Source: Oculina patagonica
Lineage: Eukaryota
Direction: 5' to 3'
NCBI RefSeq assembly: GCF_052425735.1
Contig: NC_135761.1
Span: 58,962,001 to 59,026,000 of the forward strand
Length of the DNA stretch: 64,000 nt
Each line of letters starts with the position of its first letter. Position 1 is the first letter of the stretch. The position numbers and the translations under genes are program-made. Shown piece after piece: positions 1 through 12,475 of the stretch. Under the pieces are notes generated by a model. The model was not told the DNA's origin. It saw only the letters and a program-made list of their open reading frames with translations, and made no database searches.

Positions 1-137
1 ACGCCGGCTAAAGCGATAATGGACTCAACGGTGAGTCGAACGATGGCCAACCATTTCGGCTCGATAATGATGTCGACTGCTTGAGCCGACTGCGTCAAAT
101 TGGCACCTTGTATGATGGTGGTGTTGTTGAAATACAT
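1..137 (-). CDS. 5' end of rhodopsin-class GPCR (copy 0), truncated by window edge
   Basis: ATG at 137 gives MYFNNTTIIQGANLTQSAQAVDIIIEPKWLAIVRLTVESIIALAGV, nearly identical to the start of the GPCR at 2542-3552. Confidence 0.85.
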   Translation of the reverse strand, partial: MYFNNTTIIQGANLTQSAQAVDIIIEPKWLAIVRLTVESIIALAG

Positions 138-1699
138 CACGGACTCGGCAAAACTCGAAGACTCTGAATTTCAAGCCAGAGTTGAGAATAAGGGGCAAGT
201 GCAATGTTACCTGATCTTAAAAACAAGGGAGGGACAGGTGTTCACCATAAAGACTGTCTGCTTTGCTCATTTGTCGCATAAGTGTGTCCGACTCTTGTTA
301 ATTCGACGAATCGCCATTTCACTATTAACACGGCTGACAGCACTATGCTCTACTTACACTACTTACATTATATGATATAGATTCAGACAAGCCTAAAAGC
401 GGAGTTCCGCAGTTGTTTTTTTGTTTTTTCTTTTTTTACTTTAATTCTGTTGATTGTTTAAGAATTTGAAATAAAGAACACTATACTGAGCTCAGTTCTT
501 CCTCGCGTACGCGTCAAAATTCTAAACTTATTTTTGATATACGTCGTCAAAATAAAATAAAAATCTTCCGAATCAAGAACTTCAGTTCACTTTGCTCAAA
601 ACTCGCCTCTATAAAATGTAAATGGAAAGGGAGCCGGATGCACGCCGCTTCAAATTTGCAAAGTTGTGCTTGATATAAACGCAGAGTCTTGTATTGAAAT
701 ACAAATATATTCCATTTTGCCGTGCGTCTGTTCACTACATTTTGACGTCTTCTTTGATCTACTTAATACTGAACAGACCCACGGCAAATTGGAATCTATT
801 TGTTTTTTTATACAATTAAAGAAGACGTCAGTACTTCAGAGCTAAAGCAATGCCGCTACCGGTGTCTGAGCTAAACTTGTTTTCATTTCACGATAAAGTT
901 TTTCCGATAATTACAAAACACGGTTAATTAACCGTGATAAATATAATAATTAACACAATAATGAAAAACTAAAACGTCAACGAAAAAAAGTACGTTTTTT
1001 TGATTTGGAAAGTTGTTCAACTCTGTAAGATTTAACCTTAGCGTTTAACCGCCATTGACGGATTTCCCGTGGCGTCGCCAAACTGCTCGACATCGGACAA
1101 GCTCTTACAGCTTTTGATATTTTTTCAATCAGACGCTGTCCACTTCAAGCTTGCTTATCAGTTTAGCCCATTTAAATGCAAAGTCTCGTAATGTGATCGA
1201 TACTTGGCAGTTTATTTCTCACTGTAAGTTTATAATCTAAGCTGAACTTTTTCTGTTTGTTGTTGCCCCGCGAGAAATGCTTTGCCGACAACAATGATTT
1301 GGACTATGGACTCTGATCACGCAAACTAGTCACACCACGCAGTGAAAAAAAGATGACAGTCATTAACCAATCACAACGCACACAGTAGCTCTGTTATTGT
1401 ATAATATTTTTTTATTGCTGGTCAATATATAAGAGAATTTGATGAAGATACAAGTTGAATTTCATTTGTTTTTGATAAGGATGACGAAATCTAGGACGGA
1501 ATATTTTGTTTTATTGTTGCTCAATACTTAAGATAATTTTGAGTAGATACTGAATGAATTTCCTTTGTTTTTGGTAAACAATGTGCTGCAGAAAAAGTCT
1601 CAGGAACTCAAGTAAATATGTTTAGAGTCTCTCTCTGTAAAAACGGAGTTGTCGATCTGGCTTGAAAAATAATTTCGCTCATTTCTTGTGTGTTGCAAG
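1..1699. repeat. Near-identical tandem duplicate of 3416-5114 (period about 3415 bp)
   Basis: Matches 3416-5114 with only scattered differences; identity stops after gttgcaag (1699 / 5114). Confidence 0.95.
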
Positions 1700-2541
1700 C
1701 GATGAAGCAGAACAGCTCTTCTTTGCATTTGTCCGGAAGCCTTCAATTCTTAAGACACAACGGAATTAAGCAAGGTTTAAACAATGCAGCCCTTACAAAG
1801 TCAACTTCAAATAAATGGTAAATGTATCCAAATGTTGATTTGCTTTATAATGGTTTAGCTGGTTTCTTGAAACTAGATTCAATAATTTGGAAATTTATGT
1901 TGTGTTGCTTTCCGTGAGCATCTGGAAAAATGAAATGAATGCGTGTATTCCTGCACGCAACAGTGACGCAGGGAATTCGAAAGTCGTTTTCTTCCAAAAG
2001 CAAATGTACAGTGCTTATTTTAAAAAAAATTGGCTAACCTTTTAGTTTTATTTTGTATTTGTTATTCGTAGTTTACATTATGGAAGCGGTGTTTGGTAAA
2101 ACCTTGAAAAATTTGGATAATCGAATTGAAATTTGATACAAGTTGTTTTCATTGAGACTTGTAAGAATATTGATTTCAAGATTGTGGTATGATTTACTGG
2201 TATACTTCATATGCCGTTTGTGTTTCTCTTTCCAGGAAAAACATTTTTTATACATTTCAAATGAAGTTATTTTTCTGCACATTCCTATATTCTTGAAGTG
2301 TTATGGCAGCACTTCACTTCTCATTGAGAACCTCCAGTTTTATATAGATTTTAGACATTGTAAAGCGAAATGGAACACTGGAAATGGCGCTATATAAATT
2401 ATTTTATTCGTAGTATTACTGTTCTATTAGGACAAGCAGTTCATGAGAAAAGTCCTTTCACTTCTCTGCTCTGCTCTCTGCTCCAACAAACGGTTTTCTC
2501 GTTGACAATGCTGTCGACAAATCGATCGGTCTAAACAGTCA

Positions 2542-3552
2542 TCATGCCCAGGCAAGCATTTCCCTGAACGACTGGCGAAACCTTTTAGTGACGAAAGCGT
2601 AAATTAGTGGGTTACATGCAGAATTGAAAAGATAAAAGAAAAAGCAAATTCTAAACATCACATAGGCGTATTTTTGGAATACTGGATTACTGAAGTAAAA
2701 CAGGCCAGCCACGCGAAAAACGCTGAGAGGAAGAACAGTGATCGCGAAAACTACAACCACTGGAGTCATGATCTTGTTGAATCTTCTGCTGCGCGTTTTC
2801 ACCAGGCTTACTTGGCTACTTTTGAAACTTCCATTAAAACGGCGGTCGGCCATCTCTAGATGGAACGTGTCGCTCTTGTTCAACTTTCGTTTGATAGTGC
2901 AGTAAGTCACAAAGATCAAAGATAAGGGTATGGCATAAGTGAACAAGGACACGGCGATGCTGTAGATGACGGGTAAATCATGATTGGGCCAAACTGCAAG
3001 ACAGAGGGGTTCTGCATCAGGTGGCTTGTGGTACCCATAAACAAGGATCAGAGGCAGCGAAATCGCTAACAAGGAAATGAGCCAGATAGCAGCGCATACG
3101 ATTTTTGGTACTTTCAATGATTTGCGAGCCATCCCGGGAAAATTCGCGGATAAAATGCGATGCCTGTCGACAGCAATGGCGGCAATCGACCAAACAGACA
3201 CGCCAAAAAACATGTCGCTTAACGGGAAAACATATCGGCATGTGAATTCACCAAGCGGCCAATAAGTGAATTGTTCCCTGACTATACCCAGTGGAAAGGA
3301 CACAAGAAGCGTTGCCAAATCTCCGATGGCCACATTCCTGATGTAAGCATTCGTGGATGCTGTGTTCAGCGTGCGGTGTCGTGTTATAGTTAAGCAAACC
3401 ACGAAGTTACCAATGACGCCGGCTAAAGCGATAATGGACTCAACGGTGAGTCGAACGATGGCCAACCATTTCGGCTCGATAATAATGTCGACTGCTTGAG
3501 CCGACTGCGTCAAATTGGCACCTTGTGTGATGGTGGTGTTGTTGAAATACAT
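2542..3552 (-). CDS. Intronless class A GPCR, neuropeptide-receptor-like (copy 1), 336 aa
   Basis: Seven hydrophobic segments; GN in TM1, GDL in TM2, WPLGEFTC in ECL1, DRH at TM3 end, NSACNPLIY in TM7, helix 8 FRQSF; N-terminal NxT sequons; ATG at 3552. Confidence 0.93.
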   Translation of the reverse strand: MYFNNTTITQGANLTQSAQAVDIIIEPKWLAIVRLTVESIIALAGVIGNFVVCLTITRHRTLNTASTNAYIRNVAIGDLATLLVSFPLGIVREQFTYWPLGEFTCRYVFPLSDMFFGVSVWSIAAIAVDRHRILSANFPGMARKSLKVPKIVCAAIWLISLLAISLPLILVYGYHKPPDAEPLCLAVWPNHDLPVIYSIAVSLFTYAIPLSLIFVTYCTIKRKLNKSDTFHLEMADRRFNGSFKSSQVSLVKTRSRRFNKIMTPVVVVFAITVLPLSVFRVAGLFYFSNPVFQKYAYVMFRICFFFYLFNSACNPLIYAFVTKRFRQSFREMLAWA

Positions 3553-6500
3553 CACGGACTCGGCAAAACTCGAAGACTCTGAATTTCAAGCCAGAGTTGA
3601 GAATAAGGGGCAAGTGCAATGTTACCTGATCTTAAAAACAAGGGAGGGACAGGTGTTCACCATAAAGACTGTCTGCTTTGCTCATTTGTCGCATAAGTGT
3701 GTCCGACTCTTGTTAATTCGACGAATCGCCATTTCACTATTAACACGGCTGACAGCACTATGCTCTACTTACACTACTTACATTATATGATATAGATTCA
3801 GACAAGCCTAAAAGCGGAGTTCCGCAGTTGTTTTTTTGTTTTTTCTTTTTTACTTTAATTCTGTTGATTGTTTAAGAATTTGAAATAAAGAACACTATAC
3901 TGAGCTCAGTTCTTCCTCGCGTACGCGTCAAGATTCTAAACTTATTTTTGATATACGTCGTCAAAATAAAATAAAAATCTTCCGAATCAAGAACTTCAGT
4001 TCACTTTGCTCAAAACTCGCCTCTATAAAATGTAAATGGAAAGGGAGCCGGATGCACGCCGCTTCAAATTTGCAAAGTTGTGCTTGATATAAACGCAGAG
4101 TCTTGTATTGAAATACAAATATATTCCATTTTGCCGTGCGTCTGTTCACTACATTTTGACGTCTTCTTTGATCTACTTAATACTGAACAGACCCACGGCA
4201 AATTGGAATCTATTTGTTTTTTTATACAATTAAAGAAGACGTCAGTACTTCAGAGCTAAAGCAATGCCGCTACCGGTGTCTGAGCTAAACTTGTTTTCAT
4301 TTCACGATAAAGTTTTTCCGATAATTACAAAACACGGTTAATTAACCGTGATAAATATAATAATTAACACAATAATGAAAAACTAAAACGTCAACGAAAA
4401 AAAGTACGTTTTTTTGATTTGGAAAGTTGTTCAACTCTGTAAGATTTAACCTTAGCGTTTAACCGCCATTGACGGATTTCCCGTGGCGTCGCCAAACTGC
4501 TCGACATCGGACAAACTCTTACAGCTTTTGATATTTTTTCAATCAGACGCTGTCCACTTCAAGCTTGCTTATCAGTTTAGCCCATTTAAATGCAAAGTCT
4601 CGTAATGTGATCGATACTTGGCAGTTTATTTCTCACTGTAAGTTTATAATCTAAGCTGAACTTTTTCTGTTTGTTGTTGCCCCGCGAGAAATACTTTGCC
4701 GACAACAATGATTTGGACTATGGACTCTGATCACGCAAGCTAGTCACACCACGCAGTGAAAAAAAGATGACAGTCATTAACCAATCACAACGCACACAGT
4801 AGCTCTGTTATTGTATAATATTTTTTTATTGCTGGTCAATATATAAGAGAATTTGATGAAGATACAAGTTGAATTTCATTTGTTTTTGATAAGGATGACG
4901 AAATCTAGGACGGAATATTTTGTTTTATTGTTGCTCAATACTTAAGATAATTTTGAGTAGATACTGAATGAATTTCCTTCGTTTTTGGTAAACAATGTGC
5001 TGCAGAAAAAGTCTCAGGAACTCAAGTAAATATGTTTAGAGTCTCTCTCTGTAAAAACGGAGTTGTCGATCTGGCTTGAAAAATAAATTTCGCTCATTTC
5101 TAGTGTGTTGCAAGACATTTATGTACTTATACTAAAACCATAATGCGCTTGATCGGATCATTTATTTTTTCGAGTTTTTAAGGATATAAGGCTGTCAATT
5201 AATCGCACTGACTCTTCTGAACATTGATCTCGAATAAAGCTACCAACAAGACATTGAATGGTGATTATTGTAAACGTTTGGTAGCGCTATGTGTTCGCTT
5301 ATAGCGTTCCTATCTCGCACAGAATGCCAAGCTTCAAGAATTAGTCGTTGTTTCCACACCGTTGACCTGTCAACAATTTCGACGCTCTCCAAATCTATTT
5401 GATGGTCGTTAAGCATATGGTGTTTTTGCCAACAAAGAGTTTTTATCCAATGTTGCGATGGCCTTTGCGTGTTCTTTCATACGTGTTTCAAGCGTGCGTG
5501 ATGTCTGACCAACATAAACACAGTCGCAATCGTTACACTTGATCTTATATACAATTCCTCTGGTATCACACACCTTGATGAAACACCCGAAAACGGCTCA
5601 GATTCAAACTTTATTTTTTGAAAATGTAAGGCGGTCTATTTCAATCAAACCAACGCAGCCGAAGAGTAGATACAATAGAAAATGTTACTACAGAAAAAAG
5701 CCTTGCGGTATTGCCTTAATGAAATATTTATAGCTCTGTAAACTTGCCAAATTTCGACATTCTTCATATTTGCCGCTATTTTGAAGGACTCGTCAGGACA
5801 AGACGTTTTATCGACTTGCCTCACAGACATACCTAAAACCATCAGAAATAACGAAAAAACAATATAAAGGGATTACAGTTCATTTGAAAGAGAATAAATC
5901 GTGTTTAATGGAAGCTCAAAATTTGTTGCCAGGTAACAGCCTGATAGTGCTGCCCAAGTGCCCTCTAAAATTAAGTTTTTGAAAACTGATAGCTTATTCT
6001 TCAGTGACCTGTTATTTTTTTCCAAATTTCGACTGAAAACCTTCTTTAACCTAATTTGCAATGTGAGAAAAAAACGATCTTGTAGAATTCAAGTTATTTA
6101 TAAAAAGGCTGTAGGAAGATTTAAAAAAATCCACTACATTTTTTTTTCTGAAATAACGAATCCTATTTGTATACAGAAACTCGGGAAAGGTCACCTTGCC
6201 AACTTTCTAGATAAAGCTAACCAAAACTAAGAAACGATTGCCGTTTTTCGCAGTTTTTTAGTACATTTTTATTTCTGGTCAAACAGTTTATACGACTTCA
6301 TTTATGAAGAACGGAAGTCCAAGAAGGTAGGACTGGTAATCCAGAGCCTTCCGTTTTTCCTGCCAAGGCCCTGCCGGCTAAGAGAAGAGGAAAAGGGCTC
6401 TGGGTACGAAAATGTCTTCCTTGTATCCAGAGCCAGGTTCAGCAGCACTTACTGATCGATAGATCGATCGATCATTGCTTGATTGACTGAATGATTGATC

Positions 6501-6654
6501 AATTAGATGAAACTGAAATCATAAGAAGCGCGTAAGCAAAATTCCTGGAAGGGATCATGATTGCATATATTTGTACGCGCTTTGAATAGAAGTATCACTT
6601 GTTTCGTCGCGACCGTTTATTCAAACACTTAAGTTTTTCGTCATCAAAATCGAC

Positions 6655-9247
6655 ATGGATTGTAAACGTTTCCTGCTCTTGCCGTTGCTGTTATGTAGTG
6701 CAGCAGCTTATTTAGGCGATTCTGGTAAGTGTTTAAATTTTCATCAACTTTGTAAGGGTAATTATAAAAGCAGCACTTCATTATCTAAGTGGCCTAAGCT
6801 TGAAGTCGATTGAAGAGAGTGTTATCTGAAATCCTGTATTATCCGTTAGCCATTTGTGTTATAACGGGGATAAAGAAAGGCTAATGTATGGAGAGAACGA
6901 ACAGTGACTGAATATGTTGACATTTCGAAAAATCGAAGCGACTTTACGTAAAGAAAGAAGGAAGCTAATCGCTGCCATCTAATGTTAATTGCATGTTCTT
7001 ATGATTATTTATTTGAGGACCGGGACTTGTATTGTATCCACGGGACTTTCTTTTCTTTGGTTTAACGTTACCTTGCTATGTTTATGTTTTATCATTTAAG
7101 CTCGGCGTCCAAGTATCAACATGTAAATTTCGCGTTCGTTGCCTTTCGCAACTTTTCTTTTCGCCTTACACTTCCCCTCTTTTTTAAAAATTTTTTTTCT
7201 TCCGGATTTAACAGCGCCGGCAAAAGACCCCCCCCTTCCCTTCCCTTTTTTTAAAAAAAAAAAATCTAAAATTAAAGTTTAAACAGTTCGCTAGTCGGCA
7301 AGCCTTATATCCGCCAATTTGAATGACTCAACTTTCAGCTTGCTTCACTTTCATGCTGTTTGCACGATTTACTTTCTTATTTCATCATGCTCTTTTTAAA
7401 GTTACATCGGGCTTGAGATAAACTGTTACAGTCAAACCTCTATAAAGCGGTCAACCTCGGGAAGAGAGGTGTTCTAAAATTTAGCGTGTCGCCAGTGACA
7501 AAAATTGAAATTAAATTGGTCACATGATGAACATGTCATTGGTGACAACATCAGAAATTACATGTTCAATGAATTTCATGTCTTACTTATTTATCCTCAT
7601 CGGGCCCATGAGGACTCTTGCGGCCGGGAATTTCATGTCTGGCTAAGAGATATAGTTTTGTTCGTAAGGCAAATGCCTTTGTTGTAAGCCACATTATGGA
7701 CAATTTCTCATCACCTTCAACAAGCATTAAAAAAAATATCTGATTGTCTGTGATTAAGGACTGCGTGGCTTGTTTTGCTTGATTTGCTTTGCTCGTCGTC
7801 GTATCAAAATACGCATTGTAATCTAACTAGGTGACTGATTAATAGAGGTAGAATACAACTAAATTTGCCAATTTACAGTATGCATGTGTAGCGATTACAT
7901 CCGCCTAAAATAGCCAAGAAATCTAGCGTATTTAATACACTTTTTTATATAAGAACGCATAAAATGTGAGGATGTTTTTATTCTAGCCCATACATATTCT
8001 AAAATTTTGGGGCAAATCCAGCCTCAGCGTTCTTAGAAAGCTGGTCCTTATAAAAAAAAAAGAGTGTAACCTTAGAACATATATCAAAACAAAAATATCT
8101 ATGCATGAACGTAACAATAGGAATTTCATCGACCCCACAAACTATGTTTAAAAGTTTATATGATAAAGGGAAGGGAATTTGAAGTGTCTTGTCCCTGAGA
8201 TGCATTACTAACTAGTGCACAGTATCCAACAAGTGTTGGAGGTTGAACAAAATATCTTGATTTGTCTTCTTAGGGAAATGCGATCTTGTGGAGTTCAAAG
8301 GCAAGAATTTTGTGAACTCGGCACGCGTTCATACAGGTTTTTATGACAGTATCGCCCAGATCGACGATTATGCTGTTAAATGTGGAGTAAAGGTAGATCT
8401 GTACTTTTTTACAAAGACGTTATTTATATTAATACGAAAACGATAGAAGAGAAATTTCATTTTAAAATGAACAACTCAGAACACTGGAGCTGGTAGGCAA
8501 AAAGTGTGTAAGAAGTAAAAACAACTAGCTGAGAAAGAGATTTAACAACAATACCCATGGCTACTTTTTCATGTTACATCTTTGCATGCTTGGAGGTGTA
8601 TTCAAGTTGTGAATAATCATTGAATGAGAACTTGTTAAGCTCATTTCAATCCATGTTACTGAGCTCGTTCAGCCAGCAGCTGCATTCTGTTAGTAGACTG
8701 AATTTAAAAGCAAGACCGACACAACGTAGAATGGTTAAACTTGTTATGTACTATATTTCGGCTGGCTAAACCAGCCTTACTCAGGTACAATGGAGTTTAC
8801 ATTGGCTGTAGAAAAACTAAACACTATCCGCCCATACCGTATGGGCCATAAACATATTTCTGATTAAACATTCACATTTCTTAACTGATCACACACTGCG
8901 TTTCCTATTAGGTATTGGTTACCAGTTCCTTCAGGAAATCCGGCCAGCCACTCTCAGGCCCAATCGTTGTCCCTCCTGCCGTCGACAGCAATCACCTGGT
9001 GGGTCATGCCATTGATATGAATTTGTATGAAGGTGACGTTTTGTGCAACAGCAAATGCTTGGTAGATCCACCAGCCCATCTTGAGGGTGTGAGGTGCTTT
9101 ATCTCCAGCATCCGACGTGACCCGAACCTTCGTTGGGGTGGTGACTTTCACCCGACGGACCCTGTTCACATCGATGACGGATTGAATGTGCGTGACAGGT
9201 CTTTGTATGACATTCTATTTACCTCACTTCAGGAAAACTGTAACTGA
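6655..9247 (+). CDS. Secreted M15-family (LAS-fold, Zn) peptidoglycan-peptidase-like protein, copy A, 174 aa; exons 6655-6724, 8274-8392, 8912-9247
   Basis: GT-AG junctions join in phase (70+119+336=525 nt). Signal peptide MDCKRFLLLPLLLCSAAA; motifs VTSSFR, SNHLVGHAID (SxHxxGxAxD), RWGGDFHPTDPVH; AATAAA about 40 nt after the stop. Confidence 0.85.
8747..8789 (-). ncRNA. Degenerate minimal type I hammerhead ribozyme relic in M15 intron 2
   Basis: Minus strand UGUAC-CUGAGUA-A-GGCUGG uuuag CCAGCC-GAAA-U-AUA-GUACA; stems I and II pair, but the core has U at the conserved G8. Confidence 0.55.
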
Positions 9248-9463
9248 CTTAGCTTAGCTCCTTTGAGCAATATCTTGTAGATGGTAATAAATCCGTTTGT
9301 ATGCGAAACGCTTCTCTTTCAAACGAAGTGCAGTCATTCTACGTTGCAGCATAAACATAAACATAGCATTTATTCAAGATGGAAAAAAATACAATAAGAT
9401 ACATCTTGAAAAGGGAAACACGAGGTTGTCCCTGTAACGTTTCCCATATATAAACATTAAAAA

Positions 9464-10780
9464 TAGGTCACCAAGGGTGACATGAGTCTAATGCCGTATG
9501 GCATAGTGATACAGATTGCGCGGTTTTCGTAAGCCGGTTAAAATTGGTTAGAGGTTTGTGTTCGGGAGTTTAATTTAAAATGCTTATAGCAAGCTAGGGG
9601 CATCGTGGATGATTATGGATGAAAACGAAACAGTCATAAATGTTATATGCTTCACAAAATTTAAAGTATGAACAGGAGTTGATGTTACTTCTTCCGTATT
9701 GTCCGTAAAAGCAGAAACGATTAAACATTTGGACAAGATTGCGTGACGATTTACAAAAAGCATGTTCATTACAACAAGGGTTGAAGAACTTCACATCGTT
9801 TTCTTTCAGATTTTTCACCATTTTGATGATGACTCTTGAAACAGATTTTGCAATAAAAGCACTTGAAATAGTGACTGTTACTCCATTGTACTGTAGGCAC
9901 TTAGTGACAGATTTTCCTAAAAACGGGTGTAAATGCTCACGTCAATATAATGATGACCTTTTGAACGCTGGAAACTAGGCAATTATTATCGAGCTACCAT
10001 ACACAGGAGCGAAGACTGTTTATCATGATGTACAAATTTCGCGAATCATCACTTCCATATCAATGTAACCATTTTATGATTTTTCTAGCTGTAAGAAGAA
10101 CTTAAGATCTCTGAGAGTCGTAAAAGCATGAAATTCGATTTCAGTGTATGGCAAAGGCCGGGACAGTGTAATACTGCAAAGCGGCCAAACAAACGCATTT
10201 TGATTTAGTCGCGTAACTTGATTTACATTTATCCATGTACATCTTTTATTTTTGAAGGTTTTTGTTTGCACTGTAAAGAAAAAATTGGTCAAAATTCGAA
10301 TGACTTAAATACAAAAACCGAGGTAAAGTTTTCTATTTTTTAAAACAAAATAAATATTTGGTCGCATTGTGTAAATAAACGCGAGTCGCCGTCGAAATAT
10401 TTTTTCTCAAAGACGTCTTGCTTTTTAAGCAAGACGAAAACACAAGTGCTTAACTGAACTGAAAACGAAGATTTATTTTCACAAAAAGCTTACAAATGTC
10501 TTAACTGGAAAATTATTTCGTCCTGTTCAAGTGTTGAATAATCGTGACTTGAGAAAGAACTTTTAATTATGCGTGGGAACACGTGTCGCTGATTGGCTGT
10601 TTTTAATTGAAACTAATCGTGCGTGTCCGTACGGAGTCCGTTCTTGCAGCTGATCATTGTTTTCTACATTACAGCGAACGATTATCGATCCCGAACCATT
10701 CCCTTGGGATTGCTAACAGCTTTTTTCATATAACAACGAGTCTAATGCGCATGCGCAGAGCGCACGCAAGCATTAGACTC
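9464..10780 (-). mobile_element. Non-autonomous Helentron-like (HINE/DINE-type) element
   Basis: Absent from the paralogous site (cattaaaaatcgtt near 24755). On the minus strand: T-tract, subTIR gagtctaatgc with a nearby inverted copy (10738-10780), distal subTIR (9484-9494), terminal hairpin gtcacc-ctt-ggtgac, T-tract. Confidence 0.75.
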
Positions 10781-12109
10781 AAAAATCGTTAAATACTATA
10801 CACACTATTAAAACCTAGAGTCGATTTTTTGTTGTTGTTGATCGTGCTGTGCTAGCTTACGTGAGGTATTATTAAAATTTAGTGATGTAAGTTATTTAAG
10901 ATGGTGTCTTGGAACAAACAATTGCCTTGACTCAAATAACTCAACATATCGTTATATTGGCAATGTTCCTTTTTATATTATTTCGGGTTTTTCCATACGA
11001 TAGATTTGACTTGTTATTTTACTTATACCACCTTTCAGATATTCATTTGCGGATGCACTTTGACTACACATTATCATGGCAAAAAGGGGAATTCGGGGCC
11101 GGGTTATACAGGCAGCTGGAGAACTCTCCTTTTTAAAATAAATTTATAAAAGGGATGTCCAAACACAAGGATTATTTGTAAATTCGCCTACATTAAGCAC
11201 GTACTCGCCAACTTTAAGCATAGATTAAAGCATTAAGGTGATATGATTACGGATGTACATTATTAAAAAAAAATGGTCAGCCGCGAGCGAAACGTATGGC
11301 TTTGTCACACCGAAGAAAGAAGTTTCCGAGTGGGAAAAAAATTGCTTCAGATACAAACGTTTCCGAAGCATAAATACAAGCATTAAGGTGATATAATTAC
11401 GGATGCATTTTTGAAAAACAAATGGTTAGCCGCGAGCAAAACGTGATGTCTTTGTCACACAGAAGAAAAAAGTTTCCGAGTGGGGAAAAAATTGCTTCCG
11501 AAATATACGTTTCCTTTCGTGCTAATTACAGAGAGACTTTTGTTCCTACAAACGGATAATGCTTCAACTGGCCGGAATGCTTCATTTTTCAGCCCGACAT
11601 AAATCGAATTTCAATCCATCCATTTTTTTTTTAAATAGGGTCCCCTTTACCTCTTTGCAAAATGGAATCACGTAAAAATATTTGGTTTTTCACGCGTCAC
11701 GAATAATTCTAAAAATGTTTTCACGTTCACGCAAAAATCTTGGCGATCCCTGTTTAGACTGTTACGCTCTGAAGGTGTAAGACCGAATATAATGTCTGTC
11801 AAGATCACAAACGCGAAAAACGTTTCATCTGTTTAAAACCCAACCACAGAGCTACAACAAAGACGTACGTTTACTTGTCTTAAATACAAAATCAGAAATA
11901 ATGTCACGAAAAAAAAGATGATTCACGATTCACGTCTAATTCAACTCTTCTTTTACGGGTCACGTTTAAGCTAAAAATTGCCTTCACGCGCACGCACACG
12001 TGAAAAGGTCTTAAAATTGGGAATCACGAATCACGAAAAAATAAAAGCCCAAAACACGCTTCCCTGTTTAAATTCTGGGGTGATATACAACAGTTATTAC
12101 GCTCACTGC

Positions 12110-12282
12110 TGGACTGCAAAACAGTCGTATCTTTTGCGAACACGATCAGTCTTCGAACGAGAGCGAGAGGTCTGGAACTATTGTTAAAACTGTGAGGGAG
12201 ACTGGAGAGAATCGGCGCCTCGCGCCTTCGATAAGCGTTTTTCCCAATGACTTTAGAGAAAAAACGACTGTTTTGCAGTCTA
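12110..12282. mobile_element. Short MITE-like palindromic element (paralog at about 27453-27624)
   Basis: Inverted ends gactgcaaaacagtcgt / acgactgttttgcagtc. Confidence 0.65.
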
Positions 12283-12475
12283 TCTCACTACATTCTGTGA
12301 TATTCAGAGCAGCTCATAGCAACGTTTCGAAAACAATAAAGCCTAGTTGATTTCGCTGGCCTCCATTACAAACGTTTTCCAACTGTTTCTATTATTTCAG
12401 CTGCATGCCTTACGTCTTAAACATAAAAAATTAAAATATGACTGCTTCTGAAATTCTAATTTTCGGCCTGCCTGG

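Noticed and set aside
8915-9247. M15 ORF as bacterial contamination or a Hedgehog fragment
   Set aside because: It is exon 3 of a spliced gene amid animal genes and transposons; the WGGDF..DPVH motif fits peptidoglycan peptidases rather than Hedgehog, pending a profile search
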